DNA of 64,000 bases from Cyanobacteria bacterium REEB67 (GTDB taxonomy: Bacteria; Cyanobacteriota; Vampirovibrionia; Obscuribacterales; Obscuribacteraceae), in the NCBI GenBank assembly GCA_018971775.1, contig JAGXAB010000022.1, positions 5,505 to 69,504 of the forward strand. The letters are read 5' to 3'. This document shows positions 34,553 to 41,525 of the stretch, one piece after another. The position numbers were made by a program, and so were the translations under genes. Each line of letters begins with the position of its first letter. Positions within the stretch are counted from its first letter, which is position 1. The notes below the pieces were generated by a model. It searched no databases and was not told where the DNA came from. It saw nothing but the letters and a program-made list of their open reading frames with translations.

Positions 34553-35479
34553 GTGCACGGTGCGAATTTACTGGTCGGGTATAGCTTGGATATTAAAGCG
34601 GTTACACAAAAGCTAGATCATTCTCCGACGCTGGTCCTGACTTTTGCGCTGGCCCTTCTGGCCATGGTCATGGCCGTCTATCTCTATTTTTTCCCCCAGC
34701 CCGAAAACAGGCCGCTCGTTTCCGCCCACGCTGATGAAATAGCAGTGCTCGACCGGGCGGCGCGTAAAATGATGGCGGCCAGGCAGTTTGATCAAGCAAT
34801 CGGCGACTTCGACGCCGCTCTCAAATTGGCCCCACACAGCGATGACCTTCTGATGGGGCGAGCAGCGGCCAAATATAAGAAGGGCGACTTTGCCGCGGCG
34901 ATCGTCGATTACCAGGCAGTGGCGGCACTCTCGCCGGCCAGCCGCTATAGCAGCGACGCCGCCTTTGGTGTTGCTCTCAGTCAAAAATCCTTGCGGCAAT
35001 TTACGGCGGCGACCAAAACACTGCACACTTTGATGGCCCGAGACGGCAGCTATATCAAAGCCTACCAGCTCCAGGGCGATATTTATCTGAGCGACTCAAA
35101 CAGCGAAGCGGCGATCGACGCTTATACGCAGGGTCTGCGCCGCAATCCCCTTTCGTCCGTTTTGCACTATGACCGTGGCGTGGCCTACCTGAAGAGAAAT
35201 ATGAAGGACCCGGCCTTTGACGACATGACGCGCGCCGTGCAGCTCGACGAGGGCAATCTCGGGCTTTTACTCAAACACGCCAATCTCGCCCGCAAATTGA
35301 ACAAACTAGAGGCCGCCGATGCCGATGCGCTCGAAATCCTTCGCCTCGAGCCGGAGAATGCCTCGGCTCAGTCCTGGCTCAAACATCGGGGCAAGTTGCC
35401 GGTACCTGAGCTTGAACAGGGCGACGAAAATGCCGCCCCCGCCAGGACTGTAAAAAAGGAAAAAATCGGGGCGAAATAA
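34553..35479 (+). CDS. TPR-repeat protein with an N-terminal TM helix
   Basis: The TM helix is LVLTFALALLAMVMAVYLYF. Several 34-residue TPR-like units follow (e.g. AIGDFDAALKLAP, AIVDYQAVAALSP, AIDAYTQGLRRNP). The GTG start is uncertain because it lies only 8 nt from the divergent htrA start. Confidence 0.65.
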   Translation: MHGANLLVGYSLDIKAVTQKLDHSPTLVLTFALALLAMVMAVYLYFFPQPENRPLVSAHADEIAVLDRAARKMMAARQFDQAIGDFDAALKLAPHSDDLLMGRAAAKYKKGDFAAAIVDYQAVAALSPASRYSSDAAFGVALSQKSLRQFTAATKTLHTLMARDGSYIKAYQLQGDIYLSDSNSEAAIDAYTQGLRRNPLSSVLHYDRGVAYLKRNMKDPAFDDMTRAVQLDEGNLGLLLKHANLARKLNKLEAADADALEILRLEPENASAQSWLKHRGKLPVPELEQGDENAAPARTVKKEKIGAK

Positions 35480-35485
35480 GCCTCG

Positions 35486-36646
35486 ATGCGTCACAATATG
35501 CTCTTAATGCAGGAGCGTCGCAGTGACAATTTTGACCTTGTAAGAGTGACCGACAAGGGACTCTACTGTCAGGCCGGGGATTTTTATATCGATCCCTGGA
35601 GGCCGGTTCCAAGGGCATTGATAACGCACGGACATTCAGACCATGCTCGCTCCGGCTCGGCCAATTATGTCGCCCATCGCGACGGACTTGGTATCCTCCG
35701 CTTGCGGCTGGGCGAAGAAGCACTGCTCAGCGGTGTCGATTATGGTGAAAAATTATCCTTCAATGACGTCCATGTCTCATTTCATCCGGCCGGTCATATC
35801 CTTGGCTCGGCTCAGATTCGCATCGAGCATAAGGGTCTTGTCGCTGTTGTTTCAGGTGATTACAAGACCCAGGCTGATCCCACCTGCCGGCCTTTGACGC
35901 CGGTCAAATGTCACGTTTTTATCAGTGAGTCTACTTTTGGTTTGCCTATTTATCGCTTCCCGGAGCCGGCGGTGGTCATGGATGAAATCAATACCTGGTG
36001 GCAGGCCAATCGACAGGCCGGTCAGGTCAGCCTCATCTATGCCTACAGTCTTGGTAAAGCGCAGCGCATACTGGCCGGTGTCGATCCGGCAATTGGTCCT
36101 ATTTACACGCACGGTGCCGTCGAGGCACTGAATGCGGTGTATCGCGGTGTCGGCGTGAAACTGGCGCCGACGACCTATGTCGGTGAGTCTTCCCTGAGCA
36201 AGAGCGAATGGGCCAGAAGTGGCGCCCTCGTTGTCGCTCCGCCAAACGCGACGGGGAGCGCCTGGACTCGCAAGTTTGGCGTCACGTCCGAGGCCTTTGC
36301 CTCGGGGTGGATGCGCATCAGAGGGGCGAGGCGACGGCGTTCCCTGGATAAAGGTTTTGTCCTCTCGGATCACGCCGACTGGCCCGGGCTGCTCGATGTA
36401 ATCAAGGCGACGGGAGCCGAGCGCGTCCTCATTACCCATGGCTATACACCACCGCTGGTGCGCTATTTAAATGATAGTGGCATCGCCGCCGACAGTCTCG
36501 AAACTCTCTTTGTCGGCGAAGGTGATCTGGAAGCAAAATCAGAGAGCACTGACGAAGACAAGGCGGCGTCGGCATCGGGGCAGGCAATACTTCCGGATCA
36601 ACAAATCAGTGCAGGTGAGGAGGCGAGCGGTGAAGCGCTTCGTTGA
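35486..36646 (+). CDS. Ligase-associated DNA damage response exonuclease (metallo-beta-lactamase / beta-CASP fold)
   Basis: The product contains GLYCQAGDFYIDPWRPVPRALITHGHSDHAR. It sits upstream of the ATP-dependent ligase, DEXH helicase and PdeM in the conserved order. Confidence 0.8.
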   Translation: MRHNMLLMQERRSDNFDLVRVTDKGLYCQAGDFYIDPWRPVPRALITHGHSDHARSGSANYVAHRDGLGILRLRLGEEALLSGVDYGEKLSFNDVHVSFHPAGHILGSAQIRIEHKGLVAVVSGDYKTQADPTCRPLTPVKCHVFISESTFGLPIYRFPEPAVVMDEINTWWQANRQAGQVSLIYAYSLGKAQRILAGVDPAIGPIYTHGAVEALNAVYRGVGVKLAPTTYVGESSLSKSEWARSGALVVAPPNATGSAWTRKFGVTSEAFASGWMRIRGARRRRSLDKGFVLSDHADWPGLLDVIKATGAERVLITHGYTPPLVRYLNDSGIAADSLETLFVGEGDLEAKSESTDEDKAASASGQAILPDQQISAGEEASGEALR

Positions 36647-38252
36647 GCTCTATTTTGAAATCGATTCGACGACAAAGACAAGTCTCAAGCAGGCCGCTCT
36701 CGTCGATTACTTTGCCAGTGCACCGGCAGAAGATGCAGCCTGGGCAATATTCTTTTTGACCGGGCGCAAGTTGAAGCGGCTTATTCCTACAGCCGTTTTG
36801 CGCGCTCTGACGATCGAGCTTGGCGAGCTGCCCGCCTGGCTCTTTCAAGAGTGCTATGACGCAGTAGGCGATCTGGCCGAGACGATGGCATTGCTCCTGC
36901 CCGACGCCGCCTTTTCTCTCGATTTGACCCTGAGCGAGTTTGTGCGCACAAAAGTGGTGTCATTGCGCAATTTAAGCGAGCAGGACTTAAATCAGGCCCT
37001 GCAAGAAACCTGGTCGCAGCTCGATGTCGATCAAAAATTTGTTTTCAATAAGCTCATTACTGGTGGCTTTCGCGTTGGCGTCTCACAGCAGATAGTGACC
37101 AATGCCCTGGCCAAAGTAAGTGGTATGGCACCGGCCGTTATCGCCCATAGACTGATGGGCGAGTGGCAGCCGAGCCGGAGTTTTTATGAAAATCTCGTTG
37201 ATCAAAACGAAGGCGACAGTCTCGATTCGCGGCCTTATCCCTTTTATCTGGCTCATCCGATTGCCGAAGAACCGGCTGCTCTCGGTGAAATTTCGCAGTG
37301 GAGCTTCGAGTGGAAGTGGGATGGCATCCGCGCCCAGATTATCAAAAGAAAAGGTCAGGTCTTTATCTGGTCGCGGGGCGAAGAGCTTGTTACCGAGCGC
37401 TTCCCGGAAGTGGCCCTGGCGGCTGCTCGGCTGCCCGATGGCACCGTCCTCGATGGCGAAATTCTTGCTTTTAAAGAAGGCGATGTCATGCCTTTTGCCA
37501 TGTTGCAGCAGCGCATCGGCCGCAAAGCGGTCGGGAAGAAAATCCTCGCCGATGTGCCTGTTGCCTTCATGGCTTTCGACTTGATTGAGTGGGGAGGGCA
37601 GGACATCCGTCTTTCGCCTCTGTCGGGGCGGCGTCTGCTCTTGCTCCAATTACTGACGCCCGGGGCTTGCGACCAAGCATCTTCCTGTCGCGCCGCTCTC
37701 AGCCCCACCCTGCGTGTCTCGCCCCAGCTTGAAAGCAAAGACTGGCAGGGGCTTGAATCTTTACAGGAGATGAGTCGCGCTTTGAAAGTCGAAGGTCTGA
37801 TGATCAAGCGCAGTGACTCGCCTTATGGCGTCGGTCGTAAGCGTGGCGACTGGTGGAAATGGAAAATAGATCCGCTTTCGATCGACGCCGTTTTAATCAA
37901 TGCCCAGCGCGGTCACGGCCGCCGCGCCAGTCTCTACACTGATTATACTTTTGGTGTCTGGCATGAAGGCAAGCTTGTGCCGATTGCCAAAGCTTATTCC
38001 GGCCTCACCGATGAGGAGATAAACACGGTCGATGCCTACATCCGCAAAAATACTCTGGAAAAATTCGGCCCGGTGCGCACGGTCAAGCCCGGTCTGGTCT
38101 TTGAGATCGCCTTTGAGGGCATCCAGCTCTCGCCCCGGCACAAGTCGGGCATAGCCGTGCGCTTTCCGCGCATCGCCAGAATCCGCGAAGACAAACCGAT
38201 CGAAGAAGCAGATAGCCTGGAAGAGCTCAGAAGTTTGTTAGCTTTGAGATAG
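36630..38252 (+). CDS. ATP-dependent DNA ligase (ligase-associated DNA damage response type)
   Basis: It has the adenylation motif EWKWDGIRAQ (KxDG). Downstream are FMAFDLIE, EGLMIKR and an OB-fold region. I chose the GTG at 36630 (VKRFVELYFEID), which overlaps the exonuclease stop by 17 nt. The ORF-track start at 36471 lies deep inside the upstream gene. Confidence 0.85.
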   Translation: MKRFVELYFEIDSTTKTSLKQAALVDYFASAPAEDAAWAIFFLTGRKLKRLIPTAVLRALTIELGELPAWLFQECYDAVGDLAETMALLLPDAAFSLDLTLSEFVRTKVVSLRNLSEQDLNQALQETWSQLDVDQKFVFNKLITGGFRVGVSQQIVTNALAKVSGMAPAVIAHRLMGEWQPSRSFYENLVDQNEGDSLDSRPYPFYLAHPIAEEPAALGEISQWSFEWKWDGIRAQIIKRKGQVFIWSRGEELVTERFPEVALAAARLPDGTVLDGEILAFKEGDVMPFAMLQQRIGRKAVGKKILADVPVAFMAFDLIEWGGQDIRLSPLSGRRLLLLQLLTPGACDQASSCRAALSPTLRVSPQLESKDWQGLESLQEMSRALKVEGLMIKRSDSPYGVGRKRGDWWKWKIDPLSIDAVLINAQRGHGRRASLYTDYTFGVWHEGKLVPIAKAYSGLTDEEINTVDAYIRKNTLEKFGPVRTVKPGLVFEIAFEGIQLSPRHKSGIAVRFPRIARIREDKPIEEADSLEELRSLLALR

Positions 38253-38274
38253 TCCTCTTTTTAGGAGAAGCAAA

Positions 38275-40821
38275 ATTCCTCGCAGTGCCGCCGTAGTCAA
38301 AAAAAGCAGGGGCCGTACCCTGATCGACCGCTGGTGCAAGGGCCGGGGGATAAAGCCTTTTGCCTTTCAGGAAGAGACCTGGGCCAGGTACAAGGAGGGC
38401 AAAAGCGGCCTGATCCATGCCTCTACCGGTACCGGCAAAACTTATGCTATTTGGCCGGCTGCCTTGATCGAGACTATCGATGCTTATAGCGAAAGCGAGC
38501 TGGCCGCTTTTGGTCGGGGCGGTCGCGGTGATAAAAAGCCGCTCGTGCCTCTGACTGTTTTATGGATTACTCCTCTGCGCGCCCTCGGCAATGATATCGC
38601 CCTCAGTCTGCGCGCCCCGGTCGAGGCTCTCGATTTGCCCTTCGTCGTCGAGACGCGCAGCGGAGATACCTCTTCTTCGACGAGGCTGAAGCAAAAAGAG
38701 CGCTTGCCTTATGCTTTGATTACAACCCCGGAGAGTATTTCCATTTTGCTCTCTTATCCCGGTAATGAAGAAAAATTTCGTCATCTCAAGCTCGTTGTCG
38801 TGGACGAATGGCATGACTTGCTTGGCACCAAGCGTGGTGTGCAGACCGAGCTAGCCCTCGCCCGTCTGCGCCGCCTGGCGCCCGGCCTCAAGACCTGGGG
38901 CCTGTCCGCCACCATCGGTAATATCGACGAGGCCCTGACTGCCCTTGTCGCCGGGGATGGTGATAAAAGAGGCCATACTGGCAATGCGGTACTGGTCAGC
39001 GGTTCGGTTGCCAAAAAAGTGGTAGCGGAGACACTCCTGCCCAGACGTCTGCAAAATCTGCCCTGGACCGGGCATACCGGTCTGCCGATGTTGAGCGAAG
39101 TAATCGATAAGGTGGCTGCCTGCAATTCGTCGATCGTTTTTACCAATGTACGCTCTCAGACCGAGCAGTGGTACAGGCAGATGATTGAAATGCGCGAGGA
39201 TTTTTGCGGCCAGGCCGCTGTCCATCACGGCTCGCTCGATCTGGGCGTGCGGCGCTGGGTCGAGGATGCGCTCAAAAACGAACGCCTGAAATTTGTCGTG
39301 GCGACAAGCAGTCTGGATCTCGGCGTCGATTTTACGCCGGTGCAACAGGTCATTCAAATCGGCTCTCCTAAAGGTGTAGCACGAGCCATGCAAAGAGCCG
39401 GGCGCAGCGGTCATAGCCCGGACGCCGTCAGTGTTCTGCAGCTGGTGCCCTGTCATGCCCTGGAGCTAGTCGAGCTCTGTGCGGCCAGGCTGGCCATGAA
39501 ATACGGCCTGCTCGAAAAGCGCTATTCCCAGAAAAAGCCCCTCGATGTGCTCTGCCAGCATGTCACGACGGTAGCGCTGGGCAGCGGTTTTGATCCCAGA
39601 GAGCTCTTTGATGAAGTGCGCGAAACGAGCTCCTATAAAAATCTCACCTGGGATGAATGGCTCTGGGTGCTCAATTTTGTCGGGACCGGCGGCGCGGCTC
39701 TGGCTGCTTATCCTGATTACCAGCGCATCAAAATCGCGGATGGTCGCTATATTATTTCGGATAAGGCGCTCGCCCTCAAGCACCGACTTTCAATCGGGAC
39801 GATTGTGGCCGATCAGGCCATGGATGTCGTTTTCACCGGTGGTGAAAGGATAGGCCAGGTGGAAGAATCTTTTATTTCTAAACTCAAAAAGGGCGACCGC
39901 TTTGTATTTGCCGGTCGCTATCTCGAACTCGTCGAAGTGCGCGATATGAAAGCGCGCGTAAGATTATCGCCGGTCAAATCCGGTATCGTGCCGCGCTGGA
40001 TGGGTGGGCGCATGCCGCTCTCCTCCGAACTGGCCTCGGTAGTGCGCGATTTGATCTCGGACGCCGCCTTCAATGTCTACAAAGAGCCAGAAATGGCTTT
40101 TGTCGAGCCTCTTTTGCAATTGCAGCAGGAGCGCTCCGCTCTGCCCGCTCTCGGTGAGATCCTGGTCGAATTTTATCAATCCCGCGACGGCTATCACTTA
40201 TTCGTCTATCCCTTCGAAGGTAGGCTTGTCAACGAAGGCCTGGCCAATCTCGTCGCTTTCAAACTATCGCGTCTTTCGCCCTCGACTTTTACGATCGCCG
40301 TCAACGACTGGGGCTTCGAGATTTTATCGGCCAGACCGATGGACATCGACGGCAAAGCGATTGCCAAACTCTTCCGCGCCCTCGACGGTGACAATATCAA
40401 AGAAGACATTCGCCAATGTTTGAACGCCGGAGAGATGGCCAAGCGTAAATTTCGCGAAATTGCCCGCGTCGCCGGTTTGATCTTCCAGGGCTATCCCGGC
40501 TCGTCGAAGACCGTAAAACAGGTCCAGGTATCGAGTTCCCTTCTATTTGATGTGTTTGCTGATTTCGATCCCGGCAACCTTCTGCTGCGCCAGGCTCATG
40601 ATGAAGTGCTGGAAAACAATCTCGAAATCAGTCGATTAAAAGAAGCGCTTGGACGGATCAACGAGGCAAAAATAGTGGAAGTACAATTAGTCAAGGCTTC
40701 ACCTTTTGCCGTACCGCTCATGGTCGACATCCTGCGCGGTAAACTGAGCTCGGAGAAACTCGCCCAGAGAGTACTGCGCATGCAAATGGAAATGGCCAAA
40801 GACATGCATATCGAGCTGTAA
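38275..40821 (+). CDS. Ligase-associated DNA damage response DEXH-box helicase (Lhr-like)
   Basis: It carries Walker A ASTGTGKT (about 38422-38445), DEWH, SATIGN and QRAGRSGH. The Walker A lies upstream of the first canonical start (TTG at 38464). I propose the ATT at 38275, 6 nt after aggaga. Confidence 0.8.
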   Translation: MPRSAAVVKKSRGRTLIDRWCKGRGIKPFAFQEETWARYKEGKSGLIHASTGTGKTYAIWPAALIETIDAYSESELAAFGRGGRGDKKPLVPLTVLWITPLRALGNDIALSLRAPVEALDLPFVVETRSGDTSSSTRLKQKERLPYALITTPESISILLSYPGNEEKFRHLKLVVVDEWHDLLGTKRGVQTELALARLRRLAPGLKTWGLSATIGNIDEALTALVAGDGDKRGHTGNAVLVSGSVAKKVVAETLLPRRLQNLPWTGHTGLPMLSEVIDKVAACNSSIVFTNVRSQTEQWYRQMIEMREDFCGQAAVHHGSLDLGVRRWVEDALKNERLKFVVATSSLDLGVDFTPVQQVIQIGSPKGVARAMQRAGRSGHSPDAVSVLQLVPCHALELVELCAARLAMKYGLLEKRYSQKKPLDVLCQHVTTVALGSGFDPRELFDEVRETSSYKNLTWDEWLWVLNFVGTGGAALAAYPDYQRIKIADGRYIISDKALALKHRLSIGTIVADQAMDVVFTGGERIGQVEESFISKLKKGDRFVFAGRYLELVEVRDMKARVRLSPVKSGIVPRWMGGRMPLSSELASVVRDLISDAAFNVYKEPEMAFVEPLLQLQQERSALPALGEILVEFYQSRDGYHLFVYPFEGRLVNEGLANLVAFKLSRLSPSTFTIAVNDWGFEILSARPMDIDGKAIAKLFRALDGDNIKEDIRQCLNAGEMAKRKFREIARVAGLIFQGYPGSSKTVKQVQVSSSLLFDVFADFDPGNLLLRQAHDEVLENNLEISRLKEALGRINEAKIVEVQLVKASPFAVPLMVDILRGKLSSEKLAQRVLRMQMEMAKDMHIEL

Positions 40822-40823
40822 AA

Positions 40824-41525
40824 ATGAGCGAAGAAGAAAAAGAAGAAGAAAAAGAAGAAGGCGAAATAAGAGCACAGATAAGTATGGCCGGGCAGGATGT
40901 CATCCTCCTTCCCCAGAAGGCTATGTATCTGGTCGAAAGCGAAACTCTTGTCGTCGCCGACGTGCACGTCGGCAAGGGGGCATCTTTTCGCTCACGCCGC
41001 TATTTTGCCCCCGATGGTGTCACCTGCCGCGACCTGGCTATTCTAAGCACGGCCCTGATCGGCCATGGTGCACGCAGGCTGATGATCCTTGGTGATCTCG
41101 TCCATGCTCAGGATGGTTTGACTGCGGCGGAGACGGCGCTATTCGATGACTTTCGTCAGAAACATGCCAATATCGACATGGTACTTGTTTTAGGCAATCA
41201 CGATCGCAAGGCGAAGGTGCCAGCCAGCTGGCAGCTCATGCAGGTGCGCGGCGATATGCACGAAGGGCCGTTTATATTTGCGCACGAATACGTCGTTAGC
41301 GCCGATACGAAGAGTGGTTATGTCCTCTCCGGTCACATCCACCCATCGGTGGTTCTCCATGGCAAGGGTAAGCAAAGCGAGCGATTGCCCTGCTTCTGGG
41401 TGCGGCGCAAATATGCCGTTTTGCCCTCGTTTGGCGTATTCACCGGCAGTTTTACGATCAGACCGTCACAGCTCGATAAAATCTATGTTGTGGCGCAGGA
41501 CGCCGTCATCGAGATCGAGACATGA
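40824..41525 (+). CDS. pdeM: Ligase-associated DNA damage response endonuclease/phosphoesterase PdeM (calcineurin-like metallophosphoesterase)
   Basis: It carries LVVADVHVGKGASFR, ILGDLVH, LGNHD and GHIHP. Its ATG is 2 nt after the helicase stop. The first 20 residues are an acidic EEKEEE tract, and an alternative start exists at 40884. Confidence 0.75.
   Translation: MSEEEKEEEKEEGEIRAQISMAGQDVILLPQKAMYLVESETLVVADVHVGKGASFRSRRYFAPDGVTCRDLAILSTALIGHGARRLMILGDLVHAQDGLTAAETALFDDFRQKHANIDMVLVLGNHDRKAKVPASWQLMQVRGDMHEGPFIFAHEYVVSADTKSGYVLSGHIHPSVVLHGKGKQSERLPCFWVRRKYAVLPSFGVFTGSFTIRPSQLDKIYVVAQDAVIEIET

Noticed and set aside
36471-36629. The upstream 53 codons of the ORF-track ligase ORF.
   Set aside because: They overlap the 3' end of the exonuclease gene and encode a basic low-complexity sequence. 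The conserved ligase sequence begins at the GTG at 36630.
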